Positions 37,813 to 50,762 of a stretch of 64,000 nt of DNA are shown one piece after another. The notes under the pieces are model-generated. The model was not told where the DNA came from. It saw only the letters and a list, made by a program, of their open reading frames with translations, and ran no database searches. The stretch's first letter is position 1, and every line of letters starts with the position of its first letter. The position numbers and the translations under genes are program-made. This DNA comes from Podarcis tiliguerta. Lineage: Eukaryota. Location: the NCBI GenBank assembly GCA_965153285.1, contig OZ229121.1. One strand, given 5' to 3'.

Positions 37813-39974
37813 GAAACCAACTATTCTAGCCAAGAGAAAATAAGCCTTCTGTTGTATCTGGGTAGAGAAGGGTTAACCCCATGCCAGAGCCCTTCAAATG
37901 TACTCTTATCCGACCATCATCCCTGGCCCATTGGTCATGCTGGAATGACAGGCGCTGTAGTCTGCAATGTCTGGCTGGCATTAAGTGCTAGTTTGGGGAA
38001 GCTTGAGAACAGTAAAAAAATGAAGACGCGTTTAAAATATATGCTTGTCGTTTATTAGATAACCTTTGTACTCATTTGCTAGAAAACTGGATTTATTGCT
38101 CTTTCATTGGAACACGTGAAGTAATAATAAAAGTGTGTCTCTATGCATGTGCAGTCAACTACCCGTACAAATGACTAACCAGAGCTTGCCTCATTCATTA
38201 AGCATGGCTTCAAACACAGAGATTAGGGATTCTGAGCAGGCTTAGACTTCTGCACTTCTTATAAAAATTAACTCTCACAAGTACACAGTGTGATTCAGGA
38301 TTATCACTGTCCCTTTCAGCCATCAACATAAAGTATTCTTGACTCCACTGTTCAACATGAACTGTTTCTTTCCTTGCAATATTTGATGTTCACAGGTAAA
38401 GGACCTCTGTGCCTATAACTAAATCTGTTTGGTTTATTGGGCTCGTTCAGACAGAAACTAACTGCATAATACAGTATTGTTCAGTGAAATCTAAACAAAC
38501 CCAGGCAGCTGTACTTAAGATACTCCCTTTAGTTTTTTTTTTTTAGTTCTTGCTAAACATTTCCTGTGTAGTTAAAAACTTGTTTGTCTGCTTAGAGTTA
38601 AATATTGGTAACCTAATGAAGCAGAACGTTAAGCTTTGAACTAAATAAACATACTTTTTTTCACAGGTTAAATACTTAAAGAGAATGAAAGCAAACCCAG
38701 CCAGACATATTATGTTTAAATGTAGAGTTCTTATAAGAATAATTAGTTATATGTCTACTTGACCTCTTGTGTTATTGTCCAAAGGGAGTCTGCAAACTTA
38801 AAGGGGCTGGCAGTGACCCTGAAGTCACACAGGTCTCCTGTGTTTAGCATGGACATCTCAGCCACAGGCACCTGTGTATAGCTTTTTATAGGGGCTAAAA
38901 CAATTGGGGCTGCTGGGAATTGGGAGTCAAGTTACAGTGTTGTTGGCAAGAACCCATACCTGCTTAAGTATGACAACTGACAAGAAATTACCAAGGAACG
39001 GTCATTTAAGTCATATAATTATATTGTGTATGGTTGACCGAGAAAAGAAACCAGCTTTAGGCACCGTAATATAAAATGGCAGTATGATGTCCCCACCACA
39101 AACCCAAGCGCTCTGCGGCACAACAGATCTTCCCCACCTAACTCACCTTACCCTATGGCATGTTAAATTGCAACTGCGCCTATTTTCTGGGTCGCACATT
39201 CATAGACCTACACCAGCTAATTCAGCTGTGGCTGTCTATCAAGCTTCATCAACCCCCGACAATATGTCCATTAGTCAAGAGGGACAGGAGTTGCAGTCCC
39301 CACAATATCTGCAGGACCACAGGTGCCTAACCCATGAATCAGCAGGCAATATTTTTTGACTTCATCACATGAAAGCTACGATTACCTATTTTTTGAATCT
39401 CTGTTAAAGGCTCAGAACATACGCTGTTAAGATTCTTCGGGACAGTCAACAACCCTGTTGGCAACTGATAGCTAACATATATTAAATGCCAACAACCAAT
39501 AACAGCAATATGACTAGTACCCATTAACCATAGGTCCATGAGGTTAGAAATGGAGTCTAGTCCAGTCCAGTTGAGCAGTTTAGTTGCCAGACTATCAGCT
39601 CCATTATAACCCCCCAAAAGGCTCAAGAGTTACTCATATATTTTAAGCTTGGAATTCAAATTTTAGCCAGGATTTCCCATAGCAAAAGTTTCACTCTTTC
39701 CCAGTTTTGAACTTTATTGAAGAAAAAAATAGAAACACCAGTTGTTGACTTCATTGAGTGAAATGGAGACATCCACTTTAAACCAGTTACTATTATTATT
39801 ATTATTATTAAGTGTGTGTGTGTGTGTGTGTGTATTGCTCTAGAAGAGGATTAAACTGCAGAATGCTTTGTCTTATTTAGGAGGGCATTGTCACTCTGCA
39901 TCGTCCCTTGAAAGAGATTTACAGTTTTGTTTTTCAGGGGCTAAGGGCCTGGTCAATAAGATTTTTAAGATTAC

Positions 39975-40059
39975 CTGAGCATCTGACTCCCTGAGCAATG
40001 AGTCCCCACATGAAGTTGGCACAGTATTCACACCAATGTGGACCTCGGAACGTGTGGAC
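39975..40059 (-). CDS. CHN2: CHN2 exon, C1 domain ([28 protein letters not shown])
   Basis: 85 nt; TTACAG| acceptor and |GTAATC donor; canonical chimaerin C1 sequence. Confidence 0.97.
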
Positions 40060-40355
40060 CTGTAATACAGAATGGAAAGCAGTCCAGGGTCATTGGGAGG
40101 CAGATGGCCTGACAGATGGAACAAGCAGAAGAAAGACATAAGCAACAAATGACTCAGTTAAAAGAACAAGTCTTCCTCACTGACAGCTGCATCCCAAATA
40201 CTGAGAGTAATAAGAAGCCTGGGGAAAAGAAAGCTGCCTTTGGTCTCAGGGTCCTCTTCATTTCGCAAGGCAAAACAAACAAAACCTAATCACACTGGAG
40301 GGCATTGAAATCAATCTATGTAACTCTTTTAATGGGTTTATTGTTTCTCATATGC

Positions 40356-40562
40356 CAGGGGTGGCCAACTCCCAATAGACTGCAATCTACTCAGAGTTAA
40401 AAACTGGCAGTGATCTACCCCCATTTTTTAGGGGTTCAGGTAAAAGTTGTTGAGGTTTTTTTTAGGGGAGCCAGAGTTCTTGAGCTCTTTTTTTTGGGGG
40501 GGGGGGAGCCAGTGATCTACCAGTGATCTACCAGATCATGATCTACCTGTTGGACATGCCTG
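40356..40562. mobile_element. hAT-type MITE
   Basis: caggggtggccaac / gttggacatgcctg termini with repeated gatctac motifs. Confidence 0.65.
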
Positions 40563-40779
40563 GTACAATATGAATTTCCTTGGAAACTTACCAACTTTGG
40601 GATTTGGTGAATTTTCTTTAGTGACACGATACCTAGTTATTCCATGGTAATTTGGGGGGGTCTGCTTTTTTGTGCTTTTAGTTCCCAATATTGAAATTTG
40701 AAAGCTAATTCCTTAATACCATCAAAGCTTATTAGAAACAAAGACTGTGCCTGTCATATGCTAGTGAAGTGCAAAGTGA

Positions 40780-40945
40780 AAGCGTCAGTACTAAAGCATG
40801 TGCTTCGCATGCAAAAGGTCCCAGGTTTCATCCCTGGCATTGGCAGGACAGGTAGGAAAGCAACCTTTGTCCGAGACCCTGGAGAGGCACGGCCAGTGCA
40901 GCAGACAATACGCTGAACTCAGAACAAGGCAGTTTCATATGGCCA
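40780..40945 (+). mobile_element. tRNA-derived SINE (related copies at about 46640-46800 + and about 34195-34345 -)
   Basis: agcat.tgctt.gcatgcaaaaggtcccaggtt..atccctggca head and aaggcag.tt tail shared between copies. Confidence 0.6.
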
Positions 40946-41510
40946 CCTGTTTGCAGCCTCCCTCTAAAAACATAATGTGTAAGTAATTCTAGTGCGACTG
41001 GCCGGCATGTTACAGCCACTTTGTAGATGACATTTTAAATGCCTGTGTATGGTTGCTGTTACTACATGGTGTATGGAAGAAGATGGAGGGGAGGAGAGAT
41101 GACAGAGGGTGAAGGAAGAGCTGCGAGTGGAGGGGGGCCCCCTTTTCGCGTTCTTTGAACCACCTGGGAAACTCAACAAATCTGCTGCTTCTAGAACTGG
41201 GTGTAGCTGAATGGGACACATGAAGGCAGCCTAAGGAAGGCTATTCACCTTGGACCTGCCCATAAAAAGCAAGTCAAAAGTGAGAGACTAGAGTGATGCC
41301 CTCTTTCCAGGTCCTCTTCTCACTGTGAGACTTTTGTGGGTAAGCTGAGAGTTGGTTGGGACCCTGGGTGAGAATCTGGAGGCTGAGAGAGAGGGTGTGT
41401 CAGAAGGAAAATGAACTGATATTCATGTTTATATATTAGAAACTTTGTATTAATGTAACTGTGTCTGTATATATAACTGTGTACCTTTACGTAACTTGTG
41501 TTTTGTAATA

Positions 41511-41752
41511 CAGTGGTACCACGGTTTTTGAACGTAATCCATTCGGGAAGACCGTTCGAGTTCCAAAACGTTCGAAAACCGAAGCGCAAATGGTGGTCAG
41601 CAAATTTAAGAGAGAGAAATTGAAAAAATCTCAGCAGAAGCTGTTCGACTTCTGAGGAGCGTTCGAAAATGGAAGCATTTACTTCCGGGTTTTCGGCGTT
41701 CGAAAGCTGAAACGTTCGACTTCCGAGACGTTCAAAAACCGAGGTACCACTG
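41511..41752. mobile_element. Tc1/mariner-type MITE
   Basis: cagtggtacc / ggtaccactg; TA TSD; CpG-rich ttcga repeats. Confidence 0.88.
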
Positions 41753-41959
41753 TATTTTTAAGTTGTCTGTTGTTGCTTTCGTTTCCTGTGCACAGCTTAG
41801 AGAGATATATCTTTTAATACATTAAGAGGTATAAAAAAATAAATAGCCTAACAGCCATTATGCTTGCATGCATCAGATCTACTTCAACCCCCTTTAAAAG
41901 GTGTTTGTGGTGGTTTTGTGAAAAATAGCCTGATCTGTGGGGTTTGCTGTTAGTAAACA

Positions 41960-42214
41960 GAAGAAGAGAAGAAGAGGAGTTTGGATATGATATCCCGCTT
42001 TATCACTGCCCGAAGGAGTCTCAAAGCGGCTAACATTCTCCTTTCCCTTCCTCCCCCACAACAAACACTCTGTGAGGTGAGTGGGGCTGAGAGACTTCAG
42101 AGAAGTGTGACTGGCCCAAGGTCACCCAGCAGCTGCATGTGGAGGAGCGGAGACTCGAACCCGGTTCCCCAGATTACAAGACTACCGCTCTTAACCACTA
42201 CACCACACTGGCTC
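41960..42214 (-). mobile_element. MIR-like (Squam3-type) tRNA SINE
   Basis: Reverse head accactacaccacactggctc; ggcccaaggtcaccc core; (CTT)-type tail. Confidence 0.75.
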
Positions 42215-44307
42215 TCATATAACAGCTGTCATATCGAGCAGTAGGGGTCAGCAGAAAGAGGTGGTGAGGATGGCTGCATCAATTTCAGAATGTGATGGGG
42301 ATGCGAAAAGAAAAACTAGTTGAAAATAAATGACAACTAAACTAGGCCGTCAGGTAGAAAGGTTCTGGTGCAGTTTGCTCTCTTGTTACTCTCTCTCTCT
42401 CTGTCTTTTAACGTACTGCAGCATTTGGTGTAGTGTTCCCAGTGAACAGTAACGAAATATACTGTTGTAGAGTTCAAAAGATGGTAGAATGGAAAACAGT
42501 ATTATTTCTTGTGGTGGCTGCAACATGTAGAAATCTATCTCTTACTTGCTTGAAATGGTTGTGATCTGGACCATATGGGCAGACGTTTTCCACCTTTCTG
42601 GGAAGCCCATATACTGGCATTCTCTTCCATGCATACTAAAGACTTATTTCTCGGGGGGGGGGGGGGGATAAGGGATGCCTCTGAGCCCAGGCTCTCTGGG
42701 TGGCAGCACTGTGTGTTTCAGATTGTGGTACCAGGCTGCAGATTGGACTGAAAACTCTTTTAGTAAAAGAAACAATTCGCTGAATTGTAGAGGACCTTTT
42801 GAAGCAGCCCATTAAAGACAAAACAAAAGGGCAAGGTTCTGAAAACTCTGCATCCATTAATCTCACATTAGAACAAGAATCTGGTAATTTCTTCCTGCTT
42901 CCTAACAGCGTACATTCTTCCTGCTTGACTTCCAGGAGGGCTTTCTGGCATCTTCTTGAGGACAATGTTTCGACAAAATCTAAAAAGGGTGTAACCAATG
43001 CATGAAAGAATCCTGACACATTTCAGACCTTAAGTTCCAACTCAGGAAAGTAATATTTGTGCAAAGACAGATTTGCTTCCTTGGCATTTGAACACTAAAA
43101 AAGAAACTCTTCTCTTAAGAGTCTCCAAGACCAGACAATAAGGGTCATCTTTGTAGAAAAAAAATATTCCCTTGGGGAATAGCTAAAGAACAAAAATGCA
43201 TTGACATTTCTCCATAAATATTGGTTTGGACCATTTTATTTTTCTCATGGTTCTGCTCTATTGGTGCCACCCTTCTCTGTTGTTGCAGGACAGGCACTTG
43301 ATAATATATGTAAGTTTCATCTAATTTTCAATATTTAATTAGTCATAATGGATCATAATTAGAATGTAACTGTTGCATGAACCTTTGTGTAATTAACACA
43401 CATCACGATCACTAAACAAAAGGGATCATTGACTCAAAAGGAATAACGAGAGGTTTGTGTAGACGCTGTAGGCAATTACAGACTTTTGCATGTTTGAGTC
43501 AACTACAGGCACAGGCAAACTATTTTTGTCTCCTTCTCCTCTCCAAGTTAAATAAGTAAACTTGTTTTATGGAGACCACCAAAATCCAAACAGATCCCTA
43601 TTGAAAGAAAAATACAGTATGTGCCATTTTGCTACCAATCTCCATACAAGCCATGACAATGAACAGCATAAGATAGATGAAAAGACTATTTTACAGAAAG
43701 TGCTAGTCTCAAATCCTGCATTAATGAAGCAAATGAACACAGAAATCTTTTGAAATCTGAAACATGGTCATGATGTACAAAATTTTAAGACCAGTTTCTC
43801 CCAGTTTCTTCTGGATGATCCCGAGTTGGTTCAGCCAGCGTGGCCTTTACACACGAGTCTTATCATGATCTGGAAGTCCGAAGCAGCTCAAGTAATGTAG
43901 GCGTATCAGAGGTAGGGATCAAAGATGATACCTGCATTGTAGTTGCATATTTTGACATTTTTCAGAGAAATGTAATGTAGAATTAGTTTGAAGTTTGGCA
44001 AGTGTTGGGAATGTGGTGTGCTACTAAGACGTTCCAAGCCCTTCCAATCATGTGTGTAGCTGATGAAAATATACTTGGATAGTTAGGGAGAACAGAGCGA
44101 AATGCTACTCATTTTTTGCAAAGATGAAAGCTATGTTTGTTCAATTTTTGCACCGCCCGCTAAAAAGACATCAGGATTGTTATCCAAAATTTAGTGGAGT
44201 TAAATATGCTGTTTGATTGACCCATTGAATCTACAGATATGGGTCCAAGATGAGAGAAGGATATGGGAAGAGTGGGAATTTTTTTTTTTGTTCAGCTTCA
44301 CAATGAC

Positions 44308-44725
44308 CCATTTCATGCGTAATGCTAAGCCAAACCATGAATAAGCAAACTTGGGGGCTCCCAGAGAGCTCACGCATGCTTTGCTCCCCTTTCTGTCATT
44401 CTGCTGCTGTGCTGTGTTGAGCTAAGCAGTGGTTTGGCTTAGTGTGTCTTCCAAACCCAGGCTTGTGGTTTAGATCTACCAGGCAAACCACAAGCTGGAA
44501 AAACGACGGGGCGAATCTTGGTTGCATGCTTTGTCTTGGAGAGCTAAACCAGGGCCTCAGGTTTGGAAGGCACACTAAGTCAAACCATAGCTCAGCAAGA
44601 CACTGCTCAGCAGCAGAACGACTGGAGCAGGAGCAAAGCAGTTTCAATCTTCTCATTAGGAGCCCTCACATTTGCACGTTCATGCCAAGCCGCGAACTGG
44701 CTTAGGGTTATGTGCAGATGAGGTC
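44308..44725. mobile_element. Degenerate palindromic non-autonomous DNA element
   Basis: Nested inverted repeats (ctaagccaaacca / tggtttggcttag; cttccaaacc / ggtttggaag). Confidence 0.5.
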
Positions 44726-45282
44726 AGTGAAAGTGCTAACCAAAATGTTTATCGAAGTTAAATGCATTTGAGTTCATTATTAAAACAGTAGTTTCCTAAT
44801 CTCCTTAAGCCGCTCTACGCAAGTGACAGGGATATTTTAGGTCTGCTTGTGACATCACGCAGAATAGTAATTTTGCTGGAGATTATTTAGCTAACTGCAG
44901 CTGATTATTTTAGAAAAGCAGGGGTGCTCCTGAGAATCTCCCCCTCCCTTCTTGGCGCCACTGCTGCACACAAGCCCTGCGGCCGCTTCCCTAATAGTTT
45001 CTGCCACCACCCCTTTTTCTAAGGTCGCTTTCAGCCCCAGAAAAGGGGGAAACTGTGGATGCCCAATTAACTATTAGACCTGGGAAGATCTAGCCTGGAG
45101 ATGGTGCGAGGGGACAAAACTGCAAGGGCAACCCAGCTTTTAAATACCCTTTCATGGCCCCTGGTTATTTCTGATCAATAAAACCCACATTCGGGTATGC
45201 CACATTTTCCAGGCAGAGATCCTAACTACCCGTGTGCATTTGAATAGAACTAGCAGAAAATACATGATTGCATGGCTTAGAG

Positions 45283-45420
45283 CAAGCATAGGCAAACTCC
45301 CGACCTCCAGATGTTTTGAGACTACAATTCCCACCATCCCTGACCACTGGTCCTGTTAGCTAAGGATGATGGGAATTGTAGTTCCCAAAGATCTGGAGGG
45401 CCGCAGTTTGCCTATGCCTG
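45283..45420. mobile_element. Palindromic hAT MITE (family of 28004)
   Basis: caagcataggcaaact / agtttgcctatgcctg; TSD gcttagag. Confidence 0.9.
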
Positions 45421-45428
45421 GCTTAGAG

Positions 45429-45614
45429 CAGGGGTAGTCAACCTTTTTATACCTACTGCCCAATAATGCATCTTTCTTGATGGTAAAATTTCCTTACTGC
45501 TCACCAGTGCTCAATGGAAGGAGAATTCAGCTTGTGCCATAGAACCCCCTACCGCCCACCTAGAATCCTGAAACGCCCACTAGTGGGCTGTAGGGACCAG
45601 GTTGACAACCCCTG
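45429..45614. mobile_element. hAT MITE (family of 47208)
   Basis: caggggtagtcaacc / ggttgacaacccctg; TSD gcttagag. Confidence 0.9.
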
Positions 45615-45692
45615 GCTTAGAGAAAGTGTGGGGGCAGGTGACCAGGGTTTTTGTGTGTGGCAATTATTTCCTTCTCTCCTTTGTATTATCAG

Positions 45693-46539
45693 ATTGAGAT
45701 TGAGATTGAATCCTGACAAGACAGAAGTACTGTTTTTGGGGGACAGGAGGCGGGCAGGTGTGGAGGATTCCCTGGTCTTGAATGGGGTAACTGTGCCCCT
45801 GAAGGACCAGGTGCGCAGCCTGGGAGTCATTCTGGACTCACAGCTGTCCATGGAGGCACAGGTCAAATCCGTGTTCAGGACAGCTGTTTACCAGCTCCAT
45901 TTGGTATGCAGGCTGAGACCCTGTCTGCCTGCGGACTGCCTCGCCAGAGTAGTGCATGCTCTGGTTATCTCCTGCTTGGACTACTGCAATGCGCTCTACA
46001 TGGGGCTACCTTTGAAGGTGACCTAGAAACTACAACTAATCCAGAACGCGGCAGCCAGACTGGTGACTGGGAGCGGCTGCTGAGACCATATAACACCAGT
46101 CTTGAAAGACCTACATTGGCTCCCAGTACGTTTCCGAGCACAATTCAAAGTGTTGGTGCTGACCTTTAAAGCCCTAAACGGCCTCGGTCCAGTGTATCTG
46201 AAGGAGCTTCTTCACCCCCATCATTCTACCCAGACACTGAGGTCCAGCACCGAGGGCCTTCTGGCGGTTCCCTCACTGCGAGAAGCCAAGTTACAGGGAA
46301 CCAGGCAGAGGGCCTTCTCGGTAGTGGCACCCACCCTGTGGAACGCCCTCCCACCAGATGTCAAAGAGAACTACCAGACTTTTGGAAGACATCTGAAGGC
46401 AGCCCTGTTTAGGGAAGCTTTTAATGTTTGATGTATTACAGTATTTTAAAATTTTTTTGGAAGCCGCCCAGAGTGGCTGGGGAAGTCCAGCCAGATGGGT
46501 GGGATATAAATAAAATAAAATAAAATAAAATAAAAATAA
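45693..46539 (+). mobile_element. 5'-truncated L2-clade LINE
   Basis: Same ORF2 C-terminus as the 1085 copy with two in-frame stops; (TAAAA)n tail; 13-bp TSD tttgtattatcag (45680-45692 and 46540-46552). Confidence 0.93.
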
Positions 46540-47207
46540 TTTGTATTATCAGGAAAGCAAAGTTCTTATTCATTTGGTGCCTACAATGTGAAGTGTGGAT
46601 TCAGTTCTCAGACTGAAAATTTGTAAAACAAACAAGCAATAAGCACATGCTTTTTATGCAAAAGATTTCACATTCAATCCCTGGCATCTCCAGGAAGAAA
46701 CAGGAATGTCTGAAATATTGGAAAGCCACTGCCAGTGTCAGTAATCCTATGTCAGCTAGACCAATGGTCTGATTCAGCATAAGGCAGCTTTCTGTGTTCC
46801 TTTTACAATAGGTTCAGTGGACAGAATGGGGAGCCAGGTAAGAAGAAAGCACCTAGCAAGTTCCTTGTCAAATCAGAAAGTTAGCTAAAATTGTTGGTTT
46901 TTAAGTACAGAAGGAAGTAAAGGGGAAAAGCTCCTCCAGTCAATCAAAAGCCTTCTCTAAGTGTAATGATAAAACCGCTAGCATACAACTGCGATGCTTG
47001 CAATAATTAATATTTTTTGAAGTGCTCCAGGCACTGTCTGTGATATAGCTGTCTATGACCAAGCCATTTTAATCACAGTTGACAGATGAACCAATAATAT
47101 TGGTTCATCTATGAGCAAAGAGAGAGATGTGGTATCTTAGCATCGTGGATATTTTCAAGAAAGATATAACATGCTCTGAAAGTACCACTCATTCAACCTG
47201 TCTACAG

Positions 47208-47393
47208 CAGGGGTAGTCAACTTTTTTGTACCTACCGTCCACTAATGCATCTTTCTTGATGGTAAAATTTCCTTACTGCCCACCAGTGCTCAATGGAATG
47301 AGAATTCAGCTTGTGCCATAGAAACCCCTACCGCCCACCTAGAATCCTGAAACGCCCACTAGTGGGCGGTAGGGACCAGGTTGACAACCCCTG
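47208..47393. mobile_element. hAT MITE
   Basis: Near-identical to 45429; perfect TSD gtctacag. Confidence 0.9.
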
Positions 47394-48107
47394 GTCTACA
47401 GTCACCTTGGGCCAGATTATTTAGTCTTCTCTCCAGTCCAGACACAGCTTTGCTATTTCATCTGCTGTTTGTGAGCATTGTTTAGTGCTATACATTTCAA
47501 ACCAGGAACTTCCGTAACTCATTATGATGCACAGTAAAGCAATTATCACATTAACAAAATAAACAATTATCATTGCATAACATGTGGTGACCCTTAGCTT
47601 TGTAGTAGATTTTCTTGCATCTTTCTGAGTCTTTAGTTCTTTTGTGTGAAAACGAAAAAGGTCAAATGAAAGCTTGTGTTGAGTTCTGTTTTGTCCACTG
47701 AAAGCAAAGTTTCCATTAATTAATTAGAATCCATGTTCCAATTTTCACAGGACAACACTCTTTCTCTAGAACTATTTATTAACTCATCTAAAACAACATT
47801 AACAGTATGATGAGTCTATTGTTCATTCCTGGTTCATTCGTAGCCTAATAATTAAAAGAGTAATTATTTTGCTCAAGGAATGCAAGTCCAACAACTTCTT
47901 TTACTACATCCCTCTCATGTTCATCTATGATTCTGTTTTCGCTTCTGCGGGATCAGAGTAAATATAAACTTGCATAAGATGGACTTGATTTTATGTTCTA
48001 GATTTGGACTAAATTTGCAAACAAATGATTGCACAGCATTTTAAAAAGCTTTGGTTTGACAGCTTGATTTTGTAGAATCTGTTAGTGTCAGAAAATGAAC
48101 TCAGAGC

Positions 48108-49243
48108 GAGGGGGGCCACTAGGGGGCGCATCAGAAGATGGCTGACAATAACATCTCTCCGACCCACACGAGGTAATTTGGAGGCTAGGATGGGAGTAAT
48201 TAGCCTCCCTACCCCCCCAGGATGGTGGTGGGGGGACTGCCCTTGCCTGCTGTGCCCTATACCACCTCCGAATTTGTGGGGATGGGGGCACTAGGCACAA
48301 AGCCCTCCTGTGGGATTTCGGCGCTCCTGGACGCCGTCCCTGATCTGCGCCACTAGCTGCAAGAACTTCAAAAGAAACAATTTGGATGAAGGAATGCACA
48401 TATTTCAAGGAAGGAGGGGGAGTAAAGACTGCTAACAGAAGAGATCTCTGATGAAACAAGACGAGTCGGAGGAACAAGAATAAATTATGAGAAGATACGC
48501 CAAGACTCGGTATGGCAAATGACTGATGGGGGAGGGGAAAAAACTTTCCTTTCTTTCCTAAAGTGATTAAACAAGAATCCCCTCCCCTCACAAGTCAGAA
48601 ATGTCGGTTTAAGGACTTAAGCTGTGGATTTAAGGCTGTGTGGAGATAAACTTTCGAACTAAAGCATGTTTTAAGAAGAGCGTGGAATGTATAAGGGCTT
48701 TGGAATGACGCAGTTAAAAATGCCGTTGCCATATTGGGAAGTTCTGTCGGAGGTCTTGAGTCTGGGAGGAGAAATAGAGAAATAGAGCTGTTTTTATATT
48801 GTGGGTGAAACTCCTCAGAGGGACTTAAGAGCGACAGTTCTGTAATTAATGATGGAAAGAGCGATGTTATCTATGAAGGCGATGATATATGGAAACCATC
48901 TCGATTTGAGGATTGGAAGAACGGAAAAATCCACACAGGATTATTATTGGTGTTTATCGGCTTAAGGAGACTATCAGAAGAGATCATAAAGAAAAAAGAG
49001 AAAATATATGAACAAGATGTGATGTGGAAACAGCAAGATAAGACTGGATAGAATTATGAACTCTGTTTGGACTGATTTGGACATTAACGCAGTAGCAAGA
49101 AGATGATCAGAATCCCCCTTCGGATCTTGAAATATGGGTCGTCCCCCCAACAAAATTTAAAATTCGGCTTTGTAATTCGGAATTTATGTGATGTGATTTA
49201 ATTTGATTTGATTGGCCGGTTAATAAAAATTATTTTTTAAAAA
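48108..49243 (+). mobile_element. Non-autonomous L1-type retroposon, about 1.14 kb
   Basis: 18-bp TSD agaaaatgaactcagagc (48090-48107 and 49244-49261); G-rich 5' start with AAGATGGC; AATAAA at 49222 and an A tail. Confidence 0.8.
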
Positions 49244-49567
49244 AGAAAATGAACTCAGAGCAAGTTTCAACCCAAGCAAAAGGAAGTTATGTAGGCATAC
49301 ACTTTTTAATTACATGGTTTTAATTACATGGTTTCACATGGGGACCAGAAGATCTAGACTCACATTTGCTAAACTTACATTTCGAACATATTGAGTCCTT
49401 GCAACCCGAAAGGGAAAAAAGTTGCAAGTGAATACTTTTTATTGTGATTATTTGACGACAGCATACGCCAAACATTCTGATGAACTTCTATGCCATTAAC
49501 ATGCTCTTCTTACATGCATTCAGTTCTAGAGACTATTATCCTAAACTGTTCTATAACAAGTGGCCAG

Positions 49568-49940
49568 GATAAGAGCATAAGAAGAGCCTGCTGGATCAGG
49601 CCAATGGTTCATTTTAGTTATAATTTTAGTTATTATTTAGTTCAACTTCCTGTCTTCACAGTGGCCAACCAGATGCCCATGGGAAACCCGTAAGGAGGAC
49701 CTAAGCACAACAGCAATCTCCTCCCATGTGGTTTCTATCAGCTGGTATTCAGAACCACACTGCCTCTGACTAGTAGCCACTGATATTGTCTAACCACCTT
49801 TTAAAGTCATCCAACTTGGTGGCCATCACTGCCTCCAAAGGGAGTTCCATAGTTTACATTATGAGCTGCATGAAGAAGTACTCTTTTATCTGTTCTGAAT
49901 ATTTTAATATTCAGCTTCATGAGTTCTGGTGTTATGAGAA
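49568..49940 (-). mobile_element. Old CR1 3' end
   Basis: ataagagcataagaagagcctgctggatcaggcc tail; ttaaagtcatccaacttggtggccatcac. Confidence 0.7.
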
Positions 49941-50395
49941 CGTTTTGCCTTTTATCTGTGGCATAACTTGCTACTTAAATCAACTTTTGTAGTGTCATGA
50001 GACAATCACGGGAGAGCTAGTTTTTAGGTCCATTTTTATCTCTGCCACTGCTAAATTAAGATAAAGCATGAAAACGATTTTAACTTATTGTGATATTTAC
50101 ACAAACATGAATCCCATCATGAGAGGCGTGCTATCTGAAGAACTACATACAGATTACTCAAGAGTTCTTTCAAAACAGTTACAATCCTGCCAATGGTATT
50201 CAACAGCAAATGAGGCATGGAGGCTTAATGCAGACATGTTCCCAAAGAGCCAATAGGAAGACTATTCTGAAAATGGCTCCATGGATGCGCTGCATTGGAA
50301 AAGGAACCAATTGTATGGGGCCCATTAGTGTATGCGTTAATTCATTCGCCGGGAAGAGATAGGCTTCTTCCATGTGTGTAGTGTGACCCTGGCTA

Positions 50396-50762
50396 AAAGG
50401 TAAAGGTAAAGGTACCCCTGCCCGTACGGGCCAGTCTTGACAGACTCTAGGGTTGTGCGCCCATCTCACTCAAAGAGGCCAAGGGCCAGCGCTGTCCGAA
50501 GACACTTCCGGGTCACGTGGCCGGCGTGACATCGCTGCTCTGGCGAGCCAGAGCCGCACACGGAAACACCGTTTACCTTCCCCCTAGTAAGCGGTCCCTA
50601 TTTATCTACTTGCACCCAGGGGTGCTTTCGAACTGCTAGGTTGGCAGGCGCTGGGACCGAACAGCGGGAGCGCACCCCGCCGCGAGGATTCGAACCGCCG
50701 ACCTTTCGATCGGCAAGCCCTAGGCACTGAGGCTTTAACCCACAGCGCCACCCGCGTCCCTA
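50396..50762 (-). mobile_element. Sauria SINE, full length, distinct CpG-rich (young) subfamily
   Basis: Perfect 14-bp TSD tgtgaccctggcta; (AAAGGT)3 tail. Confidence 0.93.

Noticed and set aside
43790-43935. CpG-containing segment as an extra CHN2 exon (VSSLIPT...)
   Set aside because: All three minus-strand frames after the CAG hit stops; no good pyrimidine tract.
45514-46431. 170-aa and 109-aa ORFs
   Set aside because: Stop-interrupted L2 ORF2 plus read-in from a MITE.
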